Assembly: GCA_013265495.1 (NCBI GenBank)
Contig: MU058540.1
Coordinates: 2,567,696-2,631,695 of the forward strand
Direction: 5' to 3'
Source: Vicugna vicugna
Taxonomy: Eukaryota
DNA: 64,000 nt
The notes under the pieces are model-generated. The model was given only the letters and a program-made list of their open reading frames with translations, was not told the DNA's origin and ran no database searches. Below are positions 1 to 13,001 of this stretch, piece after piece (positions within the stretch are counted from its first letter, which is position 1; each line of letters starts with the position of its first letter). Made by a program: the position numbers and the translations under genes.

Positions 1-411
1 TGAAAATATTTATACCACAGAAATCTGCAAATGCTACAAATCAGGGCTTCCCCCTGACCCTCTGCCCCTGCCCAGCGCTTGTGGCCAGTACACCACTGGT
101 TGTGAGACCCTGAGCAAGCTAGGAATTTTATAAGAAACAATTTTGGCAAAGTAATGAGATGGGGGGAGGGTATGAATTTATATCTGCAGAATAGACAGGT
201 TTTCTTTACCTAAAGAAGGCTCTCCACCTGCAACTCTGCCCCAACAGCCCCAGTTCAAAGGCCAACCGCGTCTTCCCCCCTGCCCTTCTAGAGTCTCCTG
301 AGATATTCATTAGCCTCTTTCCCAGTTTCCTACTAGGATTCAACCTGTAAAATCCATGCAAAAGGGAAGCCCCAGGGCCACCATCCCAGAAAAGAGCAAG
401 GTGCCACTAAC

Positions 412-543
412 TGGATTCACTCGCTCCACCTCGCTGAGGTCCCGCTTCTGGCTTGTGGCTTCTGGCCTGGGCGGGTACTTCTGAAGACCCATCTGGCTCC
501 CCTTCTGCAGGCGAGGGCTCATGGAACTCGAGATCCTCCGGAT
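412..543 (-). CDS. BNIP5: BNIP5 coding exon 8 ([17 protein letters not shown]...GGASES); remaining exons lie beyond the window start
   Basis: Acceptor ttctgccctcag, donor gttagt, 132 nt; matches human DPEDLECREPLPAEGEP. Confidence 0.88.
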
Positions 544-1347
544 CTGAGGGCAGAAAGGAGTTGGTATGAGTGTGTCTGCACCTGTTTCAAATCCACCAGC
601 ACATCGCTGAACCCAGGTTCTGACAAGAAGCTGTCCAAAGGCACTGGCTCCAGAGGGGTCCTGGTTTCCCAGGCTCCTCGGGGAACCCCTAGCCCCATTG
701 GACCTGCCTCAGAGGGGTTCACAGCGCTCCTTGGTCCTCCAAAAGTCTCATTCTTCTTTCTTCCACCCATCCCCCTGGCCTCCTCACAGTCTGGGAGGAA
801 AACAAGCAGGCCTGCCAACAGGCCCCACCGAGCGAGCCCCCGTCCCCTATAACTCTGCGAGGCTTGCTGAGCCCTTGGCCTGTCTGAACCTTTTTCCGTC
901 TATCAGATGGAAGTTAGAGGACCGACTGACCTCACAGGGATTAAGTAGGCTAAATGAGATAAAACGTATGAAAGTGGCACGCCGCAGGCCGTCCGTAAAT
1001 GTCAGGGGAATTGTTGTACACCGGTGGTTCTCATGCTTCGGTGCAGTGAGGAAACAGAGGCCCGGGCCGTATCTTACTTCATCAAACCTGGGTCTCTGTT
1101 TTTCTATCAGCTTTCCAGGTGATTCTGATGCATGTAGCTAATGAACAGATGCACTGCTCTCACACCACCTTTGTTTTTAGGTGTTTAAGTGTGTGAGTGC
1201 GGGGTAGGTGGTATTGGGGAGTGGTCCTGGCTGGCAACCAGCCCGCTTTCTCCGCTCCACAGCCCTCCCACACCCCCTCACTCTGCTCAGACACCACACA
1301 GCTGGCCAACCCTGCCCTGAGGAAGCCTGGGGCCAGAGGCAGCCTCT

Positions 1348-1361
1348 GTTACCATGGCAAC
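1348..1361. promoter_or_regulatory. RFX X-box motif GTTACCATGGCAAC in BNIP5 intron
   Basis: Fits GTNRCC-N(0-3)-RGYAAC consensus; sits at +16..+29 of the intron after coding exon 7. Function not shown. Confidence 0.55.
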
Positions 1362-1376
1362 CCTGGGCCTGCTCAC

Positions 1377-1623
1377 CAGGGTTGCTGGAGATGGAGGGCC
1401 GATGGCCCCCGACACACAGCGGCAGAAAGCTGGGCCTCTTAGGCAGCCGGGACTCTGGGCTGGCAGCACCTGCAGTCCCCAACCCGACTCTCTTGGGCTC
1501 CTTGGAGCTATGTTTTTTATGAGAAAAGGCTTTTCTGAAGCTGGATTTTCTCTCTTGGGATTTCCTCCTGCAGGCAGGGGCCAGGCTTTCTACAGTCACC
1601 TCTGGCTCCTGGACTTGAAGTTG
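1377..1623 (-). CDS. BNIP5: BNIP5 coding exon 7 (QLQVQEPEV...[15 protein letters not shown]...[20 protein letters not shown])
   Basis: Acceptor ctcctgcag, donor gtgagc, 247 nt, phase 0-1. Confidence 0.92.
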
Positions 1624-1950
1624 CTGCAGGAGAGATAAGGGAAACTGAGTCAGGATCCCTGCCTTTGAGGAGATTACAAGTGAGCTGAGGAAAGAGACCA
1701 GCAGCCCCTGAAACAAATAGAGACCCACTGTGAACCAGAGGATGTGTCCCAGGGAGACGAGGGGTTGATGCTTAGAGCTGGGGAAACAAGTATGCCGGCA
1801 GTGGCCGGGGGAGACTCGGAAGAGGAGGGACTGGAACCAGGCTCTGGCAAGATGTAGAACTGGGGGAGGGGCAGGGGAGTTATTGTGCCGGGTGGGGGTG
1901 GGGGTGTCCATCGTGAGGGTCAGGGTCTACATGGGGAACATCTTCCTCAC

Positions 1951-2012
1951 CTTATCTCCCCCCTGCTCCTCTGCATCTTGGAGTAGGGCAACGATCTTCT
2001 GGATAAATTCTT
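1951..2012 (-). CDS. BNIP5: BNIP5 coding exon 6 (KEFIQKIVALLQDAEEQGGDK)
   Basis: Acceptor ttcttttctag, donor gtgagg, 62 nt; matches human EFIQKIISMLQDAEEQ. Confidence 0.9.
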
Positions 2013-3170
2013 CTAGAAAAGAACAAAGTGGTTGCTCACACTTGAGTGCTGAGGGAAGCTCTTCTATGATCAGTCTTCATTTCCTAGGGCCCAGTGGCTC
2101 CCTGGGTGATTCTCACAGATCTCCAGGGAGGGGCGCTAATGAGCTTGCATTTGAGGTTGTCCTAGACCCAACCCATGGGGACCACAGATTCCTCAGAAGT
2201 GGCCTGAGGGCACAGCTGGTTTCATGGGAACCTGTCCACTTATCCATTCACCACTGAGGGCCCAGATGTGCCATGTTAGGTGTGAGGAAAACTGCCTCCA
2301 GGGGAAGGTGCCTCCAGGCCATCTGGAAAGCCCTGATCCCCACAATTTCCTGCACCCTACTCCTTCCCCTTCTTCTAAGTAGAAGAAGGGCCCTTCTCAA
2401 TTCCCCTTCAGGGCACATTTTCTGTGAAAAGCAAACACGGCAGAATGGGGGTGAGGGGGCGCAGGGGAAGCTGATCTTCAGACACAGAACTGACGGTGAT
2501 TATAAGATTCTAGGCATGACTCTGCCAATGATAGAAGAATAATAACAGTGATGGCAGCTCCCATTGGTTCAGCTTCTCTCCTGGGGTCCCCACCCCATTT
2601 CCTATCCTCTCTACTTCTCCTGGGGCTGTGTTCTCAAGCTGGGCTACAAAACAACAATAATAATCATAATAAATGGCAGCAAATAACATCTATTAGCTGC
2701 TCATGGTACTGCCCAAAATGCTTTATTGTCATTGATTCATTTAGAGCCTCCAACAACTCTAGGAAGTAGGTACTGTTATTGTCCCCATTTTACAGATGAG
2801 GAAACTGAGACCAGAGATGATATAACTTGTTCAAGTTCACACAGCTGGAAGAGGTCAGAGCCTAAATTCAAATCCAGGCCCCAAAGATCATACCATCTGA
2901 GCCCTTTCCTTGCATTTCCTTATGTTGGCCTCCCCAAAGAGGTTTCATCACTCCTGTGGTTTTACAGCTGAGGCTCAGACAGGGTAAGTAACAGTACTCT
3001 GGCTCGGGGCCTGTGCTCTGGATCCTGCACTGCCTCCCCAGCCTGCTGAGCTCAGAGGGAGGTAAGGAGAGGTCTCTGCCTCTCTCTGGTTCACTTTCTC
3101 TTCTGCAAGTGGAGGAGTCAGGCCAGATGTTTTCCAAGGGGCCCCTGAGAAAAGGAGAGAGGGCACTGAC

Positions 3171-3302
3171 TGAATTCCGAGGCTCTGTCCCGCTGCGGAT
3201 TCTCTTCAGGTCCCCGGCGTCCTGCTGGGGTGCAAAGCTGGAAGGGACTGTGATCCACATCGACTGTAGACAAAGCCTCTTGGACTTCAGGTTCTTCCAC
3301 AC
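3171..3302 (-). CDS. BNIP5: BNIP5 coding exon 5 (GVEEPEVQEALST...DRASEF)
   Basis: Acceptor ttgcttctcag, donor gtcagt, 132 nt, phase 1-1; matches human LEEPKVQEAPST...LDRASEY. Confidence 0.9.
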
Positions 3303-4332
3303 CTGAGAAGCAAGAGGAAATGGTGGGTGTGCTTTGTCAGTCTGACGGTGTTAACTAATGCACAGAAGTTAGCGGAGATGCCAGAATGTACTCTGTGGCT
3401 AGTGTACACAAAGGCCTTGGTTGGGTGGAGGGGAGCTGCTGGGTAGGGCCATGGCTCTGACTACTGAAGACCAAGCTCTCTAATCCATTTGCACGTCTAT
3501 ACAGCGGGCGTTCCTGGGCTTTGCTCCCCTCTCCTCCCTCTCCTGGTGCCTCATCCCTCCACCCTCTTAGCTTGGAGAATTAAAGGCCTGATGCCCTGGC
3601 ACAAATTAACATGTTACAGCCAGAATCCCCTTGCCTGAAAATATCTCCCTTTGTGGCCTGAAATCCGACCCCTGGGGATCTACTCTTTGGAATTAAAGAT
3701 TGCCTCCTCCTTTTAAAATGTAAATTCCCCTTGCCAGGATGATCTGCTAGGCTGTTGTTCCTCCCAATGCCCAGAATGACCCTCTCTCCCTGTAGCTCCG
3801 GCTCCATCATTGATGGGCCATGTGACTACCCATTAGCACATTGTTTTACCTTCCTAAGCCTCAGTCCCTTCATCTGTGAAACGGGGATAATAAGGTGTAC
3901 TTCATATAATGGCTGTGAGGACTGACTTGAGTATAGACACACAGCAGGGAAGTGTCTTGTTTTACAGGTGAGGAAACTGAGGCACAAGAGGGGGAACGAT
4001 ACAGAAAGTACAGCTTGGAACCCGGATATCCTGCCTCTTAAGCTCCAGTTCCTTACCGCACATGCTACCCTCTACCAGGGTGGAAGCTGAGGCTGGGGAG
4101 AGATGAGGATGGTCAGGGGAATCCCTGAACACAGTTTCCATTGAGGGCTTAGCTGGATTGCCTAGATGGTAAGGCTTCATGTGAGGAGGTGACCTTCTGG
4201 TATCCCTTTTCTCCTCCACACAGCCCTCCCCACACTGCTCAGGGCAGAGCAAAAGTCAGAACTGAGATGGCAGCTCTTAAAATGGCCAATTCCAGCCCTG
4301 AGGAAGGTTGGAGAGCTGGAGGCAGCTGTGGT

Positions 4333-4346
4333 GTTGCTATGGTAAC
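4333..4346. promoter_or_regulatory. RFX X-box motif GTTGCTATGGTAAC (reverse complement GTTACCATAGCAAC) in BNIP5 intron
   Basis: Fits X-box consensus; sits at +16..+29 of the intron after coding exon 4, the paralogous position to 1348-1361. Confidence 0.55.
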
Positions 4347-4361
4347 TGTGAGCCTGCTCAC

Positions 4362-4602
4362 CAGGGCTGCTGGAGCTGGAGAGCCGATGGCCCCCGACAC
4401 ACATGGGCAGAAAGCTGGGCCTCTTGGGCGGCCGGGACTCTGTGCTGGAAACATCTGCAGCCCCCGCTCTCTTGGGCTCTTCGGAGGCATATTTCTTAAG
4501 AGAAAAGGCTCTCTTGAGGCTAGACTTTTTCTCTTGGGATTTCTTCTGAAAGACTAGTGCTGGGTTTTGCAGAGCCACCTCTGGCTGAGGGGTTTGACGC
4601 TG
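4362..4602 (-). CDS. BNIP5: BNIP5 coding exon 4 ([14 protein letters not shown]...KKSQEKKSS...[20 protein letters not shown])
   Basis: Acceptor cccccacag with a NAGNAG alternative 3 nt downstream, donor gtgagc, 241 nt, phase 0-1. Confidence 0.92.
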
Positions 4603-4824
4603 CTGTGGGGGAAATTAGAGAAACTGAGTCAGGCCCCTGACCTTGAGGAGACGGGAAAGCTCCCCGAGAAGCAACTGAGGAGCCAAGGGCTTCAGGGTGG
4701 CCCCAGGCGAGGGCGGTGACAGAACCCAGAGCAGGGGAACACTAAGGCCTGGAAGGACAGCTGGGGCTGGAGCGAGGAGGAGGGGGAGGGAAGGCAGCAT
4801 CTATGCAGACAGTTTGCTCCTCAC

Positions 4825-4889
4825 CTCCTCCTCCCACTGGTCCCCCACTCTCTGGAGCAATTCCACAATCTTCTGGATGATAGCATCCT
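4825..4889 (-). CDS. BNIP5: BNIP5 coding exon 3, BH3-like helix ([22 protein letters not shown])
   Basis: Acceptor tttcttccag, donor gtgagg, 65 nt; contains LxxxGD BH3 core; matches human [21 protein letters not shown]. Confidence 0.93.
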
Positions 4890-6495
4890 CTGGAAGAAAT
4901 GAATGCACCTGGTTAATCTTTCTAGATGCAAAGGGAACTCTTTCTAAAGACTGTCTTGGACTATTGAGACCTACTTGAGCCTTCTGTATTAAATGAAGGT
5001 CCTCTTAAAACAGCTCCTTTAGGCCACAGAAGGCAGGGGGTCGGGGGATGGAGGTGGGGGAGGCATCACATCCCAGGGGATGGTCCTTCTGCGAGAGGGT
5101 TAGAAGATCCACGGGGAAGGGTACTAGGCCGAAGTATGAAATTTTATGCGGGAAATTTCAAGTCAGTGCATTCAACTTGTGTCCCACTATTTCCTTTGAA
5201 CTTTACAGATCTGTAAATATCTGCTTTGGGTTCAAAAAGCTGTGTAACCTTGAGTAAGTTTCTTAACGTCTCTGGGTCTTCATCTCTTCCCCTATGGAAG
5301 GCAGATCAAAATCTCTGTCCTGCTTCCCTCAGAAATCAGACCATCAAATGTGCTTGGATATACTTTCAAAGCTAATGTTGATTTTCCAACTTACAAAATT
5401 CTAGCAGGGGAAATAGTAAAGACACAGCTTGAGAACTTGAGGTCAAACCCCAATTCCGCCACTCACCGGCTGTGTGACCTAGGGCTGGCAACTTTCTAGA
5501 GTGGACAGAGGCACTCCAGCAAGCATGACACAGCCAGCCTGCCACATTGCTGCCTCAACCACACTCCTAAGTCTTTACAGAGAAGCCACAAACAACTAAA
5601 CAGTCTTCTTTGATACCCCAGTTAACCTGCTCAAAGACAATGTATCCAAAGTGGCCTCTGCTAGCTGCCAGCTGATCAGTTTACACCAAAAAATGTGCAA
5701 ACAAGGTTCCCTCTTCTCAGGCTGTCTGCAGGTTTTTCCACCCCTCAGTCTCCTCCCTCACCCCTCTCTCACTTTTGAATCTTGTGGGTCTTTTTTCCCT
5801 TAACTGGGTCTACCAGCCAATTCCCTCTCCTGTGAGAAAACCATTAACATGTAAAATAAATGTCCTGCAAAAATCCAATTAAATGCCTTTTAAGTTGTTC
5901 TCTGATCCATGCATAGCTCCTCCATTTCATATCTTTTAAAATATGCCCATTCATCATAGGGAATTAGACTAATAGAGCACTATTGCTTTATTAGGGGCAA
6001 TAACAGGATTGTGGATGTGTATGAGACTGCCTTTACTTCTTGTAGATGTGTGCTTAAGCATTTAAGTATGAAGCATCATTTTACTCAAAATGGTTCAGTA
6101 ACAAAACTATACACACACACACACACAAAGCAAATATGGCCAACTTTTAACAATTGTGAGTGTGTGTAGAACTATCCTTTCCACTCTTTATATTTTTAAA
6201 TATGTATGTCTATATGTGTGTGTATATGTACTATATTCTTTATATATAAAAAAAGTCCCATGCTCATTAACACACAAGGCAGGAGCATTTGCCAGCAGCC
6301 ACTCTAGTTCCTGAGGCTCCCTTCTGTGAAACTCTAACATAAACGTGACCAGAGCACCAGAAGGGGGAGATCAGCACATGCATTTTGAGAACCACCATCC
6401 AAAGTGTAAGCAGTCATCCAGAGCAATCCATCTCGTTTGGGAATGTCTGCCCCCCAGCTGCAGACAAAGAGGCCACTAAGCAGATTCTGACTCAC

Positions 6496-6615
6496 TGTCA
6501 GGCTTTTTAAGCTCCTCTTCCCACTGGTGACCTGTGGCTTTGGAAGAAACTTCCCGGATGCCAGCACCCCTGCCTTTGAGGAGCAAGGACTGGTGGAGAT
6601 CAGAAACTTCCTCAC
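6496..6615 (-). CDS. BNIP5: BNIP5 coding exon 2 ([15 protein letters not shown]...[14 protein letters not shown])
   Basis: Acceptor tttattccag, donor gtgagt, 120 nt, phase 1-1; matches human [14 protein letters not shown]. Confidence 0.9.
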
Positions 6616-7500
6616 CTGGAATAAAGATGAAAGCGAGAATGTGTGGGTATCAGTGACATTCATAATCAAAAAATCAGAAACACACCAAGGTTTCCATTTG
6701 AAAAGAGGCTGCCTCAGCCTGGACATCCTTCTCTCCACTCCCCAAAATATCCTGAATCTTCCTTTGGTCTCGCCTCCCTGTTAAAAACATGGTGAGTTTT
6801 GAGTTCTACAGGGCAAAGTTCTATCTTCCTCCAGCTGCCTGTAGGACATTCAACTCCAAGATGCTAAGCATTAGAAAAGGAAGGCATCTTAGGGACCAGC
6901 TCCCTTATTTTGCAAATAATTAATTCCAGAGAGGGGCAGCAGCTTGCACTAGGTCACACAGCAAGTTTATTCCCAATGGAGCCAAGTCTAGAATCAGCAC
7001 CCCAGCAGCCGGCCCTTTCTACTTCCCTGGCAACCACCACCAGTCCTCATATATAAACTAATGTTGAGACTAGGGCTTCCCTCTTTGGCTCCTCCCTGCC
7101 TTTCTATTTCTCCCTTGTCCATGCTCCTTGAACCAGAGTACTTAACGATAGCAGTTATCATTTATGGAGCACGTCCCATGTGCCAGCTCTGGGCCACAGC
7201 CCCGCCATGAGATAGCCACTGCTAGGATCTCTATTGTATCATTGTATCCTTTCAGAAACAAAAGTCAAGCTAGCCCCAGGTCACACAGCCAGTGAGTGGT
7301 GGAACTGGGGTTTGACCTCAAGCTCTCAGCCGTGGTGCTGTTATACCTCAGAGAAGCTTCACTGTAGTGGTGTCCCTGACAGTGACCCACCTTCCACATG
7401 CCCTCCTTTGAGAGGTTTGAGGAGCCAGCTCAGAGCACTCTAGCCCTTGGCGGGGTGGGGGGGAGCGCTGGGGTTACCATAAAAACAGGCATCTGCTCAC

Positions 7501-8119
7501 CCCCAGCTGCTGGGCCCAAGTCGGCCTGTTCGCAGTGTGAGGCAGCAGCCATGTTGGCCTCTTGCCCTCCGGCCTCCTGATCTTGGGCCCCCTTGGTTTC
7601 CTCAGCACCATGTTTCTTGTGACCGTATTTCTTGCGGCTGGCCTTCTTTTGAGATTTCTTCCTGGGAGCTGGCTCCCCCAGTGCCTCGGGGGTTTCTGTG
7701 GGCGGGAGGCCCTCCTTCCCCTTCTCCTTCTTGCTGGCCTTCTCCTTGGGCTCCTCAGGGCCTGAACCGAGGAAGAAGTTTATCATGGTCCTCAGCCACC
7801 CCTGCTGGGGCCGCCACTGGGCCTTGTCCTTCTTGGTGTCCTGTGGGGGCCCCTGTTCACTGGGGAGAAACTCCTTGGTCTCCTCTGGGCTGAGGGCTGT
7901 GGCCGTGATGCCCTGAGCCTCCACAGACTGAGCTGGGCTCTTAGGACATCTGGTCCCATCACTGGCTGTCCGGCAAAGCATCCTCCTGGAGGGGGTGGTG
8001 GGCAAGGAAAGGCACTGGCAGTCCCACGACTCTGAATCCTTCCTGGGGTTCTGCGGCCTGTCCAGAGACCTGGCTCTCCTCCCTGACAGAAGCTTTTTCG
8101 TTCCCTGCAGAGGTTCCAT
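7501..8119 (-). CDS. BNIP5: BNIP5 (C6orf222) first coding exon, [23 protein letters not shown]...QADLGPAAG; exon begins at 8123 with 4 nt of UTR
   Basis: Translation matches recalled human BNIP5 N-terminus ([27 protein letters not shown]). Acceptor ttttggttgcag before 8123; donor G|gtgagc at 7500; 619 nt, ends in phase 1. Confidence 0.93.
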
Positions 8120-9248
8120 TGCACTGCAACCAAAACAGACAGCTCCCTTAGAAGAGGCCTCGGAGACTGCTGAGGTGAGCTAGCAGTGCTGACTGGCGCA
8201 CCCATCCGACCTACCCGTTAAAGTGAGTAACATCAACTCTCAAAGCTGTTGTCTCGTTTAAGTTCTGCAGCAACCCTGGGAGGGAGGGGTATCTTGGTTC
8301 CCGATTTTCAGAGGAAGAAACTAAACCACGAAAGGTCGTGCCCCAGATTGTGCAGTGAACCCATAGCTCCCCCAGAGCCTCCAAAAGGAACACAGCCCTG
8401 CCAACACCTTGGTTCTTGTCCATACAGACGGACTGTGGCCATCTGACCTCCAGAACTGTAAGATAATTAATTCACGTTGTTACAAAGCCACTGACTTTGT
8501 GGTACGTGGTTACAGCAGCAGTAGGCAACGATTACAGCTGGAACCAGAGGCCACGTCCTGCCCCTCATGGCTGTGGGCAGCTCCTATGGCTTTTCTGGCC
8601 CAGTATCTTCATCTGAAACATGCCTGAGACCTGCCTGTCTGTCTCACAAACTATTAAGAATCGTTCACAAGACAGCTTGGTAAATGGTAACTCTGTTCTC
8701 CCAATTGCTCAGACCAAACATTTGAAGTCACCCCAACTCCTTTGTCTCTTTCTCTCACTCCCCACATCTGATCCATCAGTAAAGGCTGTTGGCTCCACTT
8801 TGAAAGCACATCAGGACCTGAACCACGTCTCCCCACCTTCTCCACCGCCACCCAAGTCTAGGCCCTGACTCTGCTCACCTGGACCCTTGCAGTCACCTCC
8901 TAACTGGTCTCTCTGCTCTACTCTTGTCCTCCTTCCAGTAACTTCCCCCTTAGCAGCCACAGGTGCTCACTATGCAAGTTAGAGCCTGACACTCTCCTGC
9001 TGCCAGTGACCCAAGGTCAGAGTCTTTATGGCTGCAAGGTCCTACCCACCTGGCCCCATCACCTCCCTAGTCCCCTCTCACTCACCCCACTCCACCCCCT
9101 CATGCAGCCCTGCTCACTGTCCTCCAGGCCTTCTCCACCTCAGGGCCTTCATATTGGCTCTTCTCTCTTTCTAGAACATCTTGCACTAGACCTCCCTGTG
9201 ATTTGTTCCTTCACTTCCTTCAGACCTCTGCTCAAATGTCACCTTCCC

Positions 9249-9455
9249 AAGTTCGGGATTAACACACTACTATATATAAAATAGACAAACAATAAGGACC
9301 TACTATATAGCTCAGGGAAATATATTCAATATCTTGTAATAACCTATAATGGAAAATAATCTGAAAAAGAATATATATATATAACTGAATCACTTTGCTG
9401 TACACATGAAACTAACACAACATTGTAAATCAACTCTACTTCATTCTTTTAAAAA
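9249..9455 (+). mobile_element. 5'-truncated L1 3' end inserted into older L2-like sequence
   Basis: L1 3'UTR motifs (actatatatataaaatagacaaacaataagg, acattgtaaatcaact); TSD gtcaccttccc at 9238-9248 and 9456-9466. Confidence 0.8.
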
Positions 9456-9990
9456 GTCACCTTCCCGTAGAGGCCCTCCCAGGGCACCCCCATTAGCACA
9501 CCCTCTCCCCCTTTACCTCACTGCCGGTGTTAAGAAATATCATATCTTTATGTGTTTAGTGGTTTAACGTCTGAGCCTCTTTTCCTCCCTTTTGTCTGTT
9601 TCGCTAGGTCTTGTATCCTGAGTACCTAGAACAAGGCCGACCCACCATTGGCTCTGAGTAAGTACTTGTTAAACAAAGGAATAAATGTATAACACAAACG
9701 CTTAGTAGACTGTACAATACCTAAAGATGTGTAGTTAATGTACAACAAATGTATTTGGACCAGTTCCATCTTAAAGCAACAGGGACCCTTTTGTTCTCCA
9801 TCCAGAATGAAGCAGCTGCCCATGGAAAAGACAAAAGAACACCCTCCTCGTGGGCAGCATTTTAAGCAGGCCAGGGTGTGGGTCGTGCACTTGACTTGTG
9901 TGTCTTTAACCTGAAACTCCCAGGGCTTTCCAATTTTTCCAAAGTTGTTCAGAAACCCTTTGCCCTTTGGTGGAAGTTAAGAGGAAAATA

Positions 9991-10373
9991 GAAAGAGAAA
10001 GAAAAATACCATATGATATCACTTATATGTGGAATCTAAAAAAAAAAAAGGACAAGTGAACTTATTTACAAAACAGAAACAGACTTACAGACATAGAAAG
10101 CAAACTGATGGTTACCAGGAGGGAAGAGGGTGGGAAGGGATAATTTGGAAGTTTGAGATTTGCAGATACTAAGTACTGTATAAAATAGATAAACAACAAG
10201 TTCATACTATATAACACAAGGAACTATATTCAAAATCTTGCATTCTGTAATTTATGGTGAAAAAGAATATGAAAACAAATATATGTATGTTCATATATGA
10301 CTGAAGCATTGTGCGGAACACCAGAAATTGACACAACATTATAAACTGACTATACTTCAATAATATATATTAT
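9991..10373 (+). mobile_element. Young artiodactyl/camelid-type L1 3' end
   Basis: aaaaataccatatgatatcacttatatgtggaatct...acaacattataaactgactatacttcaata; strongly similar to the copies at 18489 and 31160. Boundaries approximate. Confidence 0.8.
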
Positions 10374-13001
10374 AAGGGAAAAATAAAATATAGTCTTGAA
10401 TCTTAAACCCTGAGCTCCCAGAGATTCCATAACTCTAAACCCCTATTCCAGTGTTTAGATTTATGGATTGCCTACTCTAATTTGTAATTATAGCCTCGTC
10501 ATGCATTTACTGAGTATTATTTAGTGTATTAAGTATTTCTGTATTTACATTATATCTCTTGCATTTACCAACTGATTCATTACATGAAAATGTACTTTAT
10601 TACTCTTTCCAGCTTAGAGGCAAAAATAAGAATGTAGAATTGCAATTTCAGATGTGCAGGGATCCATGCGAATGTGAGGAAGATACGTAAAGAGAGAGAA
10701 TGAAAGGTCTGGGGAGATACAGAGAGCTTCGAAGGTGACAGTAACAGTCCAGATGCCTTCCTTCCTTTAAGCACAGGTCTGGGCAGGAAGGACTAGGGAG
10801 GATGGCCAGAAGCTATCGGGTATCGGCAGCACTGCTGGGTGTCCACACGTGGACAGTATTGGAGGAAATGAGAAAACGAAGAAGCAGGCAATTTGGAAGG
10901 CTTTATTTGTTGTCTAGTGTTCCTTAAAGAAACATCTGAGTTATATGAACACTTGTAGTAACACACATCTGTATTTTATATGAAAATTGACTATTGTTTT
11001 CGAAAGCCTCAGAGGCTGCCTTATGGTTGTGCTTCCGAAATGTGGCTAAGTGGGATAAGGAGAAGAAATCATAGAAGAAAATATTTTTTCTTTCTTCTCA
11101 TTTATTTCTTCCAACAAACATTTAATAAGCACTCACTATGCACCAGAAAGTATGCTCAGTGCCAGGGATATGATAATGGACAAGATACAGGTTGTACCCT
11201 CAAAGAGAATGCTCTGGGCTTCAAATGGGTGGGAGTAGGGGTGTGAGCAGGTGGTGGTGACAGTAATGCTCTGTTCCCCTGACAGTTGCTCTCTCTTTAG
11301 TGGCATAGGGTCTCAAGAGAAGACAAATTTAGGTCGATCTTAAAATTTGATTTTAAGATACAAGTAAGCTGAGCCAGAAATATTCACTGCTTGGTTATTC
11401 CGTATGCTCCTGTGGTCAGGGCAAACTGGATGAGGTTGGCAGAGAAGCTGTTCGGCAACAGAACCACCAAACCAGCCAAACACACAGGACACGTTTGCTC
11501 AGCTCAGCCCCTCTTCTTCCTGTGCTAACTTGGCTCCAGGGGGCACGCTGCACAGAGGGCAAGGGCATTTTTCCCCAGCTAATGAGAAAAGAGGCACAGT
11601 AATCTTTTAAAAAGCTGTCATTGCTATGGAAATGGTTTTCACCATGGCTGATGGTCATAGTGTCCTCCTACCTCATTCAAAGGACACACTGCTACTTCTA
11701 ATCAGAGCATCGATACAACTCCACCAGGCACTGGTTTCCCTTCACCATGTTTTTTCAAGAAAACTGCCTTGATTTGGCCAACCTCTCCCTGGAACAGTGC
11801 CCTGAGCCCAGAGGGAGGTGAAGAAAACCAAGAGGAGCAGCTGCGGCAGCCACAGAGGCAGGGAGAGGCGGGGTGGGTGATGTGTGACCATGGCCATCCA
11901 AGAGTGTTTCCCCAGTGAAGAGCCTCCACAATCTTCCCAGGCCTCTCAACTTCAAATCCAGTGGCCTCTTCCCATTCCTCATCCTCCCTCAAGGTGCTAA
12001 AGCTTTTGATACCATGTCCACTTCCGTCTTCCTGCAGATCTCTCCTCTCTCGGAAGCTGTGATGGAGCTCAGCTCGGCTCTCCTCCTACCTCTCTGGCCT
12101 CCCCAGCGGCTCCTCCTCTGTAATGTTCCAGAGTCTGCCTTCCAGTGCTAGGCCCAGGGATTGAGAGAGGGTGGCTGGCCTAGGAGGGCAAACCCACCCA
12201 CCCCCAGAGACACCCTAGAAGATCCTCTCTGGGGCAGATATATCCCCAGACTTTTAAAGTCTCTAAACCCTGAAAAGACTGTTTTAATATTACCTCCCCC
12301 TCATACCTACATAGGCACATAAATTTGATGTGTGCTGAAATCAGATCTTTCCAGACTTTCTGATTGTAAAATTCTGCCTGTCCAGAATTCATCAAAGCAA
12401 GATTTTCTCCTTCCTTCCTCTTTTTTCTTGTTTTGTGCCCCTGCTTTACCTGGGGCTTCACCCAGGTTCTGCCTGTTGGGGAATCCCACACTATCTGGGA
12501 CGTGCTTCCAGACAGTAACCCCTAGAAAGCAGCAAACCTTCACTGCATGGAAACCAAGCTGCTCTTGTAAACTTGTTGATTGCCTTGGCAGAAAGTGGGT
12601 TTCAGAACAAAGTTCAAACCTGCTCAGAAATACCCAAGTGACCTGCAGATCACAGGACTTCTGATAAGATATGACGTACACCGGTGACATGTTTAAAAAC
12701 GACAATAACCACCAGAGAAAATGTATAGAGTTGACCTTGAGTTATTGCGGAGCAGGAAGTTTGCCAGTTTTTCACAAGCATGCTGCCATTTTGGGTTTAT
12801 TTTCTAGATTATACACTGACCTCATGTATACACCATTCTCTAATTCATGCTCCTGGAACATTACAACGTTACTCTGTAACTGCTCTGGTGCAGTCTCTTG
12901 CTCCCCTTCTCCACCCCTGGACTTTGCACAATATTCAACAAACAGCTTGCTATTCCAAGGGAGAGTGTCTGTGGACGAGAGTCACACCCACACACACTCA
13001 T

